Shown: positions 29,141 through 42,915 of the stretch, piece after piece | How positions within the stretch are numbered: the stretch's first letter is position 1 | Layout of the letters: every line of letters starts with the position of its first letter | Origin: Octopus vulgaris | Lineage: Eukaryota | DNA: 64,000 nt | Direction: 5' to 3' | NCBI GenBank assembly: GCA_951406725.2 | Contig: OX597818.1 | Location: forward strand, 6,014,001-6,078,000 | Notes under the pieces: generated by a model | The model's input: the letters and a program-made list of their open reading frames with translations, nothing else | Databases searched by the model: none | Told to the model about the DNA's origin: nothing | Translations under genes and position numbers: made by a program

Positions 29141-31504
29141 TATATATATATATATATATACACAAATACATACATACACATACAAATACATATATGCATA
29201 CATACTTATATATCAATACACGCAGATAACGCACAGACACTGGCACCGACGTAGATGTGTGTATGTATGTGAATAATGCCTGTTTATTTAGATTCTTAAC
29301 TGAAATCATGTATACATAAATATATACGCGAGTTAGTTTCTATGAACCTGATATTTTACTTTCAAGTGTACGTTGAAATATAGTATATAATATTTAGGTA
29401 TACATGCAATCATCTTTATATACATATAACTAAACCGTACGTAACTATGGTGTAAAATATTTATGCATAAGGATATATGTAATGAATTTTTCTCTGCAAA
29501 CAAATATCCCCAAACTTACAAAATAAATTCTGATCGGATTCTCATTCATACTACAGGATTTTGGTTAGATTGCACGGCAGATAAAAAGAAAATAATGTGT
29601 AGAAAGAAAATTAGCTAAATATATATCCTGGCAGTTACATATTGATTTTGCTATTTGCACCAAATTCTGAAATGCAGTTGTTCTGTTTTCGTCAATAATG
29701 TTTCATATTGTATCCAATTGCTGGTTATGCGTTGCATTTATAACAGTGAATGCATTTGCCGTGTTGTTCCAAACAGCAAGCCATCAATCAATACAACGAT
29801 AACTGAAGTTTTAAGTGGAATGCATATTTCCGGCGGGTATGGAATAGCGTCATGCTAAGTGCTAATAAATATATCCAACAAGATCCGGGATATTCTACAT
29901 CGCATGTAGGTATCCAGATAAAAAGACAAATTATAATGAATTCTAGATTCAAAACGAAAATAGTATCAATCAGCTGAATATAGGAACTATATGACAGATA
30001 CCACACAGCGGCATGAAACACTACAAGGAAATGTACTATTCTCTGGTGTTATTCCAATTGAGTGTCACGTATTCATTTATTCATTTGTTCGTGTATACCG
30101 GGCTTCATGTGGAAATATCATTTTATATAAATCCTAAACGTCCGCTGCCTAACTTTCGACATACACACATGAGCACAAACACATATATTTATATCTGGAA
30201 AGAGAAAGATTGTGAGAGAAATATAGTAAACTGGACTGTCAACTAACAAATTACTATAATACACGTGTTTCATTGAAAATAATATTTCATTGTGAATCCT
30301 AGATCGGTCCTTACTTTGTCTGAATTATTATGCCAGTAAAAATTTCTGAAGAAATGAAGATCTAGGAAACTCAGCTGGCCGAGAACATACTTCCTAGGAA
30401 CACATGTAAAACGACGCACTATAGTAATCTGTGAATAATCAATTCATAAAAATCTAGAAAACAACAGCCAACAATAGCTGGGTTGCAATGACAAGTGTTC
30501 CAGTTGATCCGAACAACCGAATAGGTTGCTGGTGAAATTAAAGTGGCTAAACAAATACGCGTATCTTTAAAGTAGTTCTCAGGAAGATTTATGCTTACGT
30601 ACAATATGACAGGGCTGCCCCTTTAAATTAGTCGAACATATGACATTTTGTTCGTGAGCTGATTACCCCAACCACTATGACACATGCCTTCACTCTATAA
30701 AACTAGAATGCGCAATTAAGCCATTATCGTTACTGAAAGACTTGTAAGAATGAAATTATTTGCGATTAAATTATTTATAAATCAACTCTTCTGTTTTGTC
30801 TTTCTAGATCTTTTTCTTTTTAATTAACTATGTAGACCAGTGAAAAGGAACTTTAAATCAAATATACATGTTCTTTCCAGAAACTTTTATTTCGATATAT
30901 AATGTTTGAAGTGACCGTGAAGTTGCGATTAGACATCAGTAGCTGCGCGCATATAAAGAGAACAACGAACTTAAGTTTATGAAAAGTAACATTCAGTAAT
31001 TAACTCAATATTTTATATTTCTCTCGCTTTTTTACCCGTGAGCCACAACGTGTTTTCTCGCCATATAAGGGGCTTCATCTTAAATAAGTGTAATAGCTGT
31101 GTGATAATGTTTAGAATTCCAATCATGTAACGGGAATGGTTATCTAAATTCTCAGTGGAGAGTAAGTTAATTACTGATAGTTTTAAAACAAACCCTTTTG
31201 TGCCATTACATTGAAACTGGAAATGAAAAACAAAAACAAAAACAAAAACAAATCACTCTAATCATTTCACAGCTGAATTCAAATAAAAAAGAAAGTACTG
31301 TATCTATTGTAAATTTAACTTTTCATACATGCGTGTTTTGAAGATATCTTCAAAAATATTATTTTACAACTTACACGGTTTTTCTTACAGGTTATTTAAA
31401 TTAAGTTCATTTTAATGAATAAATTGAGTATTGGTGTCTCTGGTTGTTGTTGTTGCTCTAATTAGGAGTAACTCTAGTTATTTGTAATAACTATCATTTT
31501 ATTT

Positions 31505-31955
31505 TTTGCTTGGCTTCACTGACGAAGATTTGAAAGGCTGTTGCCACGTCGTCTGTCCGCTCGTTCGTGGCTGGTAAGGCCGAGGTGGGATTGACATACC
31601 TGATTGCAATGAGGACAGAGGTATGATGGTCCAGGGTCTGATGATGCAGCAACATTATTTTTTCGCCTCTGACGTTTGTTTTCAAGAAAGCTACTATGAA
31701 AGATCTGAAAGGAGGAAACGGCATCGGTGTTGGTATGGCGCCAAACAGCACGGTCAGCTGCTAGAGTGGATCACTCTCATAATCAATGTCACAAACGCTA
31801 AAGGACTGCTTCAGGTAGTCCTTGTAACACTTCTTTGGTGACCCCCCCTCCTGTTGCGGTGGCCGGTCGTGAGCTCACTGTACCTGGTGAGTGGTGATTA
31901 TTCATCCTATCAACGTGTCCTTCCGAACGTAGTCGCGTATTGAGTATTGACATGC
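31505..31955 (-). mobile_element. 3' end of an RTE-clade LINE
   Basis: SELTTGHRNR..GSPKKCYKDYLKQSFSVCDID..STLAADRAVWR..ENKRQRRK..YLCPHCNQVCQSHLGLTSHER, the RTE C-terminus with a C2H2-like finger, followed by an A-rich tail. Confidence 0.85.
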
Positions 31956-34900
31956 AAATTATACACCTGTTTACACATTTTTGTTAGTACACTAAAATCA
32001 TTTCGAATATTGATCGTATGGAAGTTTCTTTGCATTGTAATATATTTTCATTAAATGCTAACTTTATAGAAAGGATTCCTGCTGAAACATTTTTAAAGTG
32101 TATTACCATGTTTTAGAAAGAAGTGTCTGGGAGTGTGAAAATAGTATATAAAACAGATGAGCGGAAGATTTTACGTGAAAATGAAATTTATATTTATAAT
32201 TTAGAAGAACAATAGCTAACCCATATAACTACAGATATGTATACATCTGTTGAAAGTACTTTATATTTCTTTAGCACTTTTATTTTAATGCTACTAATAA
32301 TCTCCCCTATAGATTCGAATTTTTCACTGGAAAATAATTCTCGTCTGTCTGAAATAAGGTAATGGCAACCGGCTCATCAGTACTGAAAAAAAAAAACAGT
32401 ATGGAAATATAGGCACCAATATTATCACATCTATAAATATAGGTAAAAATATATTTGAATAGAATTCGTAAATATGGCTCACTATACATAAAAGGCTGGT
32501 AGGGGCTCAAATCTTGCAATACCAACGTAAAGCAGCCTGGTCAGATGAACAAATATTCAATGATTGCCTTTGAGTTTTATTGTTAGTGATTGTGAAATTG
32601 AATGTGAGAGCAAAGAAAAAAAATGTTTGGAAATGATATTCCAACCCTGCTGGTTTCAGTGATATTCTCAACCTGAAATAAGTGGCATCAAAGTATTTCA
32701 TGAGAGGATTCTTAATCCAGGATATAAACAGAAAATTTGCGATTACATGCCATGTCATGTGTCTTTGCAATGTCTTGTACGAATTATGCTGCAAATTAGC
32801 ATACTTGATGTTACATGATTTGCCATCAGAAAGTGCAGACTGATAAGAGATTGTCCTGAAATTCAGTTCGATAATTTGTAACTTGGTCCTGCGAAAACTA
32901 GTTCTATTGATTCCTAAAATATCTACCCGGCTTTCTGTTGTTTTCTACCATAACAACAAACCTGCTGTTAGTAATGTTCGTCAGTAGGATCATTTACTAT
33001 CATATTTTCTTATGTAAGTTTTGGTGAAGGTTCTAGCATTCGATTCCAGTTAAGGTTCAATGAAATAGCTGCAGACAATTAATTAAACTTGAACGTCGAA
33101 GAAAATTTCTGAAGCTTATTTTGTACTTTCAATAATTCAGTGTCGAGCTAATACTGGCTAAAATCTATATGGACCACATTTAAGTACCAGGTGGCAGGGT
33201 TGCGGTTTGGCGTCCGATTAGGTTATAAAACAGTCTTGTTTATCGGTGAAGCGATAACGAGCATAGGCTAAAATGATGGCTTCTACAGAGTTACCTGGAA
33301 AGTGTGCCTGTCTAAAATAACCTTTATCAGGTATGTTCGAATTACAATTAATCTCTTTGCAATTACAGCTTTGAATGAAGAGAATGCGGAGCTTGTGGAT
33401 CTGACGGTTGTTATCATCTGTTATGTTGCCAAGCCTCATAGTATTTTATCATGCAGGAGATGCGCTGGGTGGTACGTCATACCTTTCTTTATATAGAAGA
33501 GTTGAATTGACTTACTCAACAAAGTACACTCGGACATCCTGGTCTTCTATAAAATATATTTGGTCTAATCATTCAGAAGGACATTCTGCCATGGGACTGT
33601 GGACAACATCATGATATATTAAGCTTTGGAAACGGTAGGAGTTCGGGACTTTCCGCCGACAGATACCGGGTTGATTATAATGCAGAAAAATTCTTCGTGA
33701 TATGTTCGAACATTGGTGGTGTGTGAAATGCGGATGCATAAATACGAATAGACACATTAGGACATAGAGGAAATACGAATAAAAATGCACACTCGTTTAT
33801 TATAGGACGGAACCGAAGATACGGCGAATGGATTGTCAACCTGTGCCTTTAAATCGGAGAAAAGCGTTCGGAGGAGCCTTTCAGCAGCATTAGGACATCT
33901 AGATCTGTTGAATACTGTTAATTTGACCCAATGTCCTACTAATTTTATTTAACGGCCAGCAATTTTGAGACATTGAAGAGTTAGAAGCCACAGATAATTT
34001 CAATTCGAAATATGAAGAGCAATAATTAATATAAGACATTTTGTTCAACACTCTAAGGATTCTGAAATTCCTTTCCGCCATAATAAAGATATTGTTTTTG
34101 TTGTTGTCATTGGTGTTCTTGTTATTGCAGTTGCTGCTGCGGTTGTTGTTCTTTTTAATACTACAAATTCTATTACTGTCGTTTCTGTTGAACGTGTTGC
34201 TTTGTTTACACGCGTTGTGTCATACGTCACCCAGAGATCTCAACTAATAGCGTATTGGATATAATTTTATGGGAGTTAAGATCAGCAATGATAGATTGTA
34301 AAGGAAATAAAACAGAATCTGAGAAAAATTTATAACATTTCAGTTTTGAAAGAGAGTCATGTATTTAAGAGCGTCATTTAGCATTGCCCCCAAAGCTCCG
34401 ATACAGTTGTTGTTTTTAGATGCTATAATTTTGAGGCCTGTGTAGAAATTGAGGTCTTTGCATTTAGTTAAATTTTCGAATGCTTTAAGAGAAGCGTTGC
34501 AGTCTGCTCGGATTATCATACGTATGGGCAGACATATTTTGTTAACGTAATTTTTTTCACCAAAATATTTTTCTATTGACTTGAAAAGCACGATCAGTTT
34601 CAATATTTAAGCATCAAAGAACGGTGATATCTTTATTTTCTACTACTTTAGCAAACTTATGTTCCCCCTTGTTTTTCCATTTCTAAAGAAGATATGGAAT
34701 AATATATGTCTAGTTATTTGATCCATTTATTTCGTGACTGGTTAGTATAAATAATTGCTGAGTAATCAATATTTAATCTTACAGTAATGTTTTATGTTTT
34801 GTAGTCTGCGTTCTGTGCGTACTTTTTTATTTCTTTCCAACAAAAAATCCACGATCCTATTCCCACACGCGTGCACACACGCACACACATACACAAAAAA

Positions 34901-35544
34901 CACACACAGAAACACACACACACCTATAGACACACACACGCACATACTTGCATGCAGACATCCCACATACGAACACACACACGTGTGTGTGGACTTGGGT
35001 ATAACATAGGACAAAGAGAGGGTGAGAAAGAGAGAATATGCAGAAAATATCTCTGTATAGTCAGTTGAACAAATCATCGGCTACGAATGTCATATTTAGA
35101 TCCGTTACATATACCATTATTAAATATGGTTGGACGGGAATACAAAGTATATATAGTAGAAACGTTGAAAGTTATTGTTAATAATTACTATTGTAAGCTA
35201 TTTGTGTGTTTCATCAAAGCTTTCCCTATTGTCCTTATAAAATCGTCCCTAGTAAACAATAAACTATCATATCAAAATCTCCCAAGTGGTTTCAGCGAGA
35301 CATGTTGCTGACCACTTTCTGACATTACGCTCATGTTAACCTGGTAACATTCTAAAAATAAACAACAGTACTGATGGAACGAGTCAAAAGACAATATAAT
35401 GTCCTTCAGAAACATGTGACTGCTATTAGCATTGATTAATAGTGAATATGATTTTTAATCATCGAAAGAAAAATATTCTGATCGACAATTTTTATCGCAC
35501 ATCACATTGAAATATTTCACAGAATTTCTGATTAAGGATATTGG

Positions 35545-35675
35545 GTTTTCTGTCGATGAGCGTAGGCTCAAGCCGACAAAGACTTTTGCATTTTTGCCGT
35601 GCATCACACCAATAAACCTACCTGTTATTCCCTCACTTGTCTTCGTCTTTTGTTTTCTGTAAATTTGAACTATAC
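35545..35675 (+). mobile_element. Decayed PLE terminus with a relic hammerhead, family of 21359-21394
   Basis: tttt CTGTCGA t gagc-gtag-gctc aagccgac aaagac. Confidence 0.5.
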
Positions 35676-35819
35676 ACCCACCACACACAAACACACACAG
35701 ATATATATTCACAGACACACATGCACACACACAAAGGCATACACACATGTATATACATATATATTATACACACACACATACATGTACAAACATATATATA
35801 TATATATTGAGAGAGAGAG

Positions 35820-37562
35820 AGGGAGGTACAACGACAACAACATGTGTGACAACAACAACAATAACAACACAGACGACAACAACAACGCGAACAACACTAA
35901 CAGCAGCAACAACAACAACAACAACAAAAATGAATGCACGAACACAAGCAATAGATACAAACACAAAAACATAAACAGAGAAAAAAATCGTATACAACAG
36001 CAACAACAACAATTATAGGGGAAATGGACACACAAACACACACACAGATAATCATAGTCACAAGGACACGAAATAAATTGTGTCATGGGAGTCACGATGG
36101 AGAATAAAGTTGAATGCAACAGAATTCTTGGACAGGGAGTCAGTAGACTTGAAACAGAAAACACTTGTAGGAGCAAAAATAACAACCACAACAGAGGGAA
36201 TGACAGGGACCAACACTAATACGAACAACACATACACCAGAAACAGGAACAATGAGAATATCACTAGCGATAATCAGAATGATAGCAATAATGGTAATGG
36301 TAGGAATAACAGTAATAGCAATAATAGTGGTAGTAGTAGTGGTGGTGGTGGTGGTAACAGTAAAAGTAGTAATGATAGTAGTAGTGATAGTTATGGTGGT
36401 AATAGTAATTATAGTAGCAGTGGTGGTAATGATAGTGGTAATGGTGGCAATAGTGGTGATAATAATAGTGGGGTTGATGATGGGAGCAGTAACGACAGAA
36501 ATAGTAATAACGATAATGAAGGTCCATTAACATGTATACCCACCCCTTTGACACTCAATTCTCCAACATATGTGACAAATCTTATAACATGAGCCGGATT
36601 TATCCAACAACATTACCCTTCAACAAAAGGGTCTACATCCCAAGACATACTAATGACGATATGGAAGCACAGTTCACTATAGCTAGGACCAGACTTAGAA
36701 AGATTTTAGAACTATACACTAAGAGACAGAGACAGAATAAGACAGAGGCCCAACAACTCGGGATTAAACCTGCATGTGGCCTACATAAGCTCATTCAGCG
36801 CACGAGGAACAGAGAGGTGGTATGCCTTCCCACAGATAAGTCCGGCAGGTTGTCAATAGACAGCTTACCGAACTACATCCAGGCAATGCAGCCTCATATC
36901 GCCAATACGAAAGTAACAACTTTACAGGCGCATGTGGAGAGAGAAAAGGTCCTCAACGCCCACATGATGATGTGGACAATTGTTCTGGGTCCCCAGAAAC
37001 GCACAGCTAACAATTTCCAAGTCTGGAACAACGATATCCCGGCACTGTATGGACTTCGCAAGGACCATAAAGTAACCACTGACCCTATAGCAGGACCACC
37101 AACAAGACCAGTCTGTAGAGCGAATATCACTAGCAAATACAGAATCTCCTACTTCCTCTCAATGATCATACGCTGTTTGTGACAGCACGGAAGATCTCCT
37201 CAGCAGGATCAATGATTGTAACAACACTTGCGACCTGACAGGATGTATGGTGGGTAGCATGGATATGATATCCCTATACCCATCGATCGACGTGGATTTT
37301 GCGGTTGAGAAGTGCATGGAGATGATCAAGGTGGAGTTCCGCAATGTCAACACAGAGGAACTGACCTCCTACTTAGACTGACATGTGACAATGAATACCT
37401 AGATAAACATAATCTTAGTTTCTACCCCAATAGACGTTTAAGAGGTAGACCACCCACAATTACTTCTATCGCTAGGAAGACCCACATAGAGAGATGGAGC
37501 GGACAGACCAGAGCCATACGGAGACCCGCAAATGTCCATCAGGTAAAGAAAATGATCGCACA
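35820..37562 (+). mobile_element. Partial PLE-like RT element of unassigned clade, with an Asn/Ser/Gly low-complexity N-terminal region
   Basis: GLHKLIQR..VVCLPTDKSG..PALYGLRKDHK..GPPTRPVC..ISYFLSMII, then frameshifted VCDSTEDLL..VGSMDMISLYPSID (RT motif A). It breaks off before the YxDD motif. Confidence 0.75.
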
Positions 37563-38431
37563 TTAATAACTTTTCTGAGCCATAGCTCATATCTTGTGCA
37601 AACAGAAGTTGAACAATATGGAAAAGGTTCAAAACGGTTGCACAGAGTTTTTCCTTCTGTACCAGCCAAAAGTCATAAGCGTGAAATTGAGCTTCGAACA
37701 CAACGATGGCAACAGATAATAGAATATTATGGGACATATTTTGATGAATAAAAAGTTTTCGTATGTAATTTGTTAGAACTATCAAAGTCTGGGATACGGA
37801 TATTTTGACTCAACCTGGTATATTCGGCCACTTAGAATAAAGTACTCAGAATCTGAGAGTAAACACCGTAATAAAAATATAGTAACGGATTATGGATTAA
37901 ATATCTTATGAATACACACATGCTGCACGCACATATCACGAACACACACACACTACACACATACTACACACACTACAGATACACACAGTACACAGACTCA
38001 CATAAGCATACGCAAAGTCAAACACACACATACACACACGTCTAAGCGATTAAGTGTATGTAAACAAAAAAACTCCTTTATAACATTATCATATATCATT
38101 ACTCGTCGACAAGTGGTCTTGGAGAGATTTCATATTAGAGAGAGTTGGTTCGCACGTGCGCAAAACATCTGAGTAGGGTGACGTAGAATTCTGTGCAGAT
38201 AATTAATTTTTGTCTACCACTGCTGAAATATTGGAATGTGTATGCGTGTGTATGCACACACGCGTGCTCGTGCTCATCGAATATTTATCTACGGGTGTGA
38301 CGGTTAGTTTTGGTGAAGTCTACCGTATACGTATACATATATAGATACATGTATATTTACCTAGATATGTATATACATGCATACAACCACATATATATGT
38401 ACACATGAATACAAACACACACACATATATA

Positions 38432-38653
38432 CTTTTTACTCTTTTACTTGTTTCAGTCATATGACTGCGGCCATGCTAGAGCACCGCCTTTTTAGTCGAG
38501 CAAATTGACCCCGGGACTTATACTTTGTAAGCCCAGTACTTATTCTATTGGTCTCTTTCGCCGAACCGATAAGTGACGGGGACGTAAACACACCAGCATC
38601 GGTTGTCAAGCAATGCTAGGGGGACAAACACAGACACACAAACATATACACAC

Positions 38654-38718
<65 letters not shown>

Positions 38719-38877
38719 TATACGACAGGCTTCTTTCAGTTTCCGTCTACCAAATCCACTCACAAGGCATTGGTCGGCCCGGGTTTATAGCAGAAGACAC
38801 TTGCCCAAGATGCCACGCAGTGGGACTGAACCCGGAACTATGTGGTTGGTAAGTAAGCTACTTACCACACAGCCACT
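38432..38877 (-). mobile_element. Well-preserved tRNA-derived SINE (CORE-like block, stem-loop 3' tail) with internal (TA)n/(TG)n
   Basis: Head agtggctgtgtggtaag..ggttcagtccc; tcttgggcaagt block; microsatellite at 38630-38722; tail catggccgcagtca.atgactgaaacaagtaaaagagtaaaa. Tail-only copies at 42645-42822, 47575-47637, 62210-62350 and 63620-63742. Confidence 0.85.
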
Positions 38878-39083
38878 TTTACAAAAAGCTGACGAAGAAC
38901 AATTGCTTGCCTGGCTAAATGTCATTTCCGAAAGCAAGGAATGTTGTACATTCCAGCTTTTACCAGCCCCATAATCTACCCATAATTAGTTATCTTACTC
39001 CAATATATTATATATTTATATATAATTGTATATATAAGCATACATATATACATATATATACATACACATGCATACATATATAC

Positions 39084-39133
<50 letters not shown>

Positions 39134-39827
39134 TGTCACAGTGTACAGTATACAATTTATATATTGTCACAGTATACTCTATGTGGGCGTTTTTTCTTTT
39201 TCTTTTCTTTTTTCTTTCTTCTTTCTTCTTTTTTCTTATTTTCTTTTTTTCTTCTTCTCTTTTTTCTTTTTTCTTTTTTCTTTTTCTTTCTTTTCTTTTT
39301 TCTTCTCTTCTCTTTCCTTTTCTTTTCTTTGCTCCACAAAATTCCTTCAGCCTTTAGAAGTCATAACATAGCAGTTTTGTGAAGAGAACAGTAATGTGGC
39401 AAATACCTTATAATATAGCATGAAATTATACCCACCTCATTGTGGATTAACCATGGATAAATTCATCGTCTGTGAGTATGAAATACCTCCTCATATCTCT
39501 GGAAATTTACACCTACACTATGGATGGATTAAACTTCTCTGTGAAGCTAGTAAGCTTTTTTAAAACCTGTGATAAGACTGTGCATCATCATTAAAGAACT
39601 TTGGAAGTCTGTTTGCAACCTGAATCTGCTTTTAATGAAATTATCTCCAATACTTCATGAGTGTAGCCTCACCCACTAAGATGTTTGGAGAACTCATGTG
39701 TATTTTAGCTGATGAGTACGGGACACTTTTATCTGCTGCAATATTTGCAACTTTTAATAAAGCCTGTCTTTGTATGAAACAATTGTACTAAAAACTAATC
39801 CATTCTTGTTGCTTCTTTTCTCGTTTA

Positions 39828-39874
<47 letters not shown>

Positions 39875-40547
39875 GCACATACGCATACATATATACGTTC
39901 GCATATAAGTTTGCATTATATGATTCTCATATTGTCTTAAAACGTTGTATTACCATATTTAATTCTTGAATTAGACTGGCGTATTATCTATTGAATTCAT
40001 TTAGAATTTCCAGTACAAAAACGCATATTTTTGCAGCAAAAATTATATAATAATTTGATCTTATGTGTTGTCTGGCATAATCTGTACTCTCTACTAACAG
40101 TTTTCCCTCTTTAAATTAAGATTTGCTATTTTATCTGATATGAAGTCATTTTTATTTCGCAATTTAAGAGAATCATTGAAGAATGTGTTTATTCTTTACA
40201 AATCCCATGCTCGGTTTGGCACATTTTGCTGTCACAATGTAAAATTCTATCATGGCTGCCATTGCTACAATATAAAATAACCACTCAAAATACCCACATA
40301 TGCCAGATCATCCTCGTCGTTATAGTTTTCTTCTATCTCACCACCGTCGCATATTTAGCCGTCATTACCAACGCCATCGACATTATGATCTTCGAAAACT
40401 GGTTAATTCTGATGTGAAATTCTCTTTTACAAAAAGCTGACGAAGAACAATTGCTTGCCTGGCTAAATGTCATTTCCGAAAGCAAGGAATGTTGTACATT
40501 CCAGCTTTTACCAGCCCCATAATCTTCCCATAATTAGTTATCTTACT
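38876..40547 (+). repeat. 124-bp direct duplication (38876-38999 and 40424-40547)
   Basis: cttttacaaaaagctgacgaag...gttatcttact occurs twice with one mismatch (ctaccc vs cttccc). Confidence 0.95.
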
Positions 40548-42644
40548 TTCTGCATTTTGCAGACTGTGCAATCGCATCTCATTCATTGACTTTCCGGTCC
40601 GTCTTCATTTTCTGCACGCACACTCAATCATAGAAAGGCAATTGGACAGACTTGTCTGAAATAGCTCATTTTCCTCTACGCTGACTGTTTATCTTATAGT
40701 TGCACAATCAATGATTTAGCATGGGACATTCACTTGAGAATATTTATGACACATTCATTCTTCTCTATCTCTCACATGTTCACGAATGAATGACTAAATT
40801 TAGGCGACAGTCAATTTTGCTACAATTACGATTTGAAATCTGAATCCCATTAGAGAAACGATTACGATGTGTTGGAGTTTCTCGAGTGTTAGCTCCTAAA
40901 TATCGCAGTAGATTTTTTTTATGCAAATGCAGAATACTTTGATTCTTAGCGATAAATTACTAGATGATCTTTGACGGCGATATATATATATGCGTGTTGT
41001 GTTTGTGTATGCATATATATGTGCACATTTAAGTTCATGTGTGTAGATGTGTAAGTGCATATATACATACATATACATACATACATACAAATATATATAC
41101 TTATAGGCATACATATTTGTGTATGTGTGTAGCATCTTTGCATACGGTAATCGGTGAAATCTACTTTACAATTGATTCAGAGAAAAAGAGAATGTTATTA
41201 TTTTAGTACTTACTTCTATAAGTTTAGTCGGCTAGGCTTTTAAGCCAGTTTATTTCTTCTGTGATTATGATAGATTTATATTCATTATAGACATTTGGTC
41301 TGCTTAAATGATGTCACAATACTCAGTCTTTTGCATGGACAGACAAAGAGAAGGTTGCCATCCTTTAGGAGAGGAATATACGGGAAAACAAGAGTATATA
41401 ACATTAGTGTGTCGAGTAATATTTCATATAAAAATAGAAAGTCTATAAGGTTGACGTATTTAACTTAATATGCAGCACTACATTTCAAACTCATTTTCTG
41501 AAGCCTAAATTAATATTTTAATAAATTGCTTAAGTTTGAACCCACATATAAATATATGATAAAGATTGCCTTTAATTCGTCATTATCCTTGTCTACATTA
41601 ACTAACGTGTCCGTCTCATTTAAGACTACATCGTTTGATTATCTGGTAACTTTGCTGGCCATCTTAAACGCCTTTCTAAGTAATAGTAACTAATTTCTGC
41701 AAAATACACAAAAGCCATTAGTTTGAAGTGATTAATTATTTCCCTTATTGTCGATTTATTCCATGGTACCTATTTAAAGAAATATGGCGTGTAAAGAAAT
41801 ACTGGGAGTAACGTAAACAGTAATTAAAAAATATACGTCAGATGGCATTGTTCTGTGAAATTCCTTTCCACACTCTTACAAATATGCATATTAAATACAT
41901 TAATTATTAAAAAATAGCATGGCTTAAGCATCTCCCAATCTGAAGGCTACACATTTACTTCCTTTGCAAAAAATTCTCTTGTAGTTAGCAAATCTTTTTC
42001 ATTATCTTCCAACCATGGAAATTGTCTTCCCGCTTGGCTTCAGATATGAACTCTCGAAATCGATTAAATATGCCTGAAAACCATCTCTTACTTTCTAAGA
42101 GACTCAGTACTATATATGAATATGACATCTGTGCAAAGAGAGTACCAGACGTTTCAATAAATATTACACGCGGTCCTTCTCAACCACTTCGGTTCTCTCA
42201 TAGACACTTTGTTTTTCTCTATTCAGGGATATACCCCTACTTTTAGAAATCTCTAAGGTACAACCCATTTGAAAGAATATAAATCAGACTCTGATAATCA
42301 CCATCTTAACGCATTCAATTCCTACATCTCAAATTTGATGAAGTGAGTCTCCGGCAACAATGTTCTATACGTCATCGATTTCTCTTCCATTACCGGGCAC
42401 CCGTGCTTTTTAAATAAAGCACGGTCTAAGGTAGAACTACTGTATGATACTTCCGCACCAATACTCTTCAAATAAGCTTGCTTATTGGATATATCCATAT
42501 GTTGTCTGATTCGTGATTTCTTTATATTGGCCCCATAGCAGTGTTTGTTGTTAGAACTCTCTTTCTGCTCCACTATCTCAAGTTTGGTGTTCTTCAAAAT
42601 TCAGGAGACTTGGTACGTATTTTCTTTTATACTCTTACATCTTG

Positions 42645-42822
42645 ATACTGGTGTGTTTATGTCCACGTCACTTAGCGGTTCGGCAATAGAGACCGATAAA
42701 ATAAGTACTGGGCTTACAAAATAATAAGTCCCGGGGTCGAGTTCCTCGATTAAATGCGGTGCTCCAGCATGGCCGCAGTCAAATGACTGAAACAAGTAAA
42801 AGAGTAAAAGAGTAAGAGAGTT
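42645..42822 (+). mobile_element. SINE 3' half, family of 38432-38877
   Basis: Reverse complement of 38432-38600; ends gtaaaagagtaaaagagtaagagag. Confidence 0.85.
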
Positions 42823-42915
42823 ACTTCTTAAATAATATTTGTTGCCAAATGATATATATATCTATATCTATCTATCTATATGTATGTATATATATATCTA
42901 TATATATATATGTAT

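Noticed and set aside
33180-33900. Possible very old PLE RT remnant on the minus strand
   Set aside because: Only vague motif echoes; a profile search would be needed.
36080-36592. 170-aa Asn/Ser/Gly-rich ORF as a host gene
   Set aside because: Built from triplet repeats and contiguous with the PLE-like RT, so it is better explained as part of that element.
38887-38965. CTGACGA...GAAA in the 124-bp duplication as a hammerhead
   Set aside because: No convincing stem II, and stem III would put G at the cleavage position.
39330-39810. Possible hAT transposase traces (NCFIQRQAL on the minus strand)
   Set aside because: The motif is isolated and surrounding frames do not continue the alignment.
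40424-40500. Peptide QKADEEQLLAWLNVI resembling a PH-domain C-terminal helix exon
   Set aside because: Too short, weak acceptor, no good splice donor and no partner exons seen.
42000-42600. Possible LINE RT 3' remnant on the minus strand
   Set aside because: No diagnostic motif could be read with confidence.
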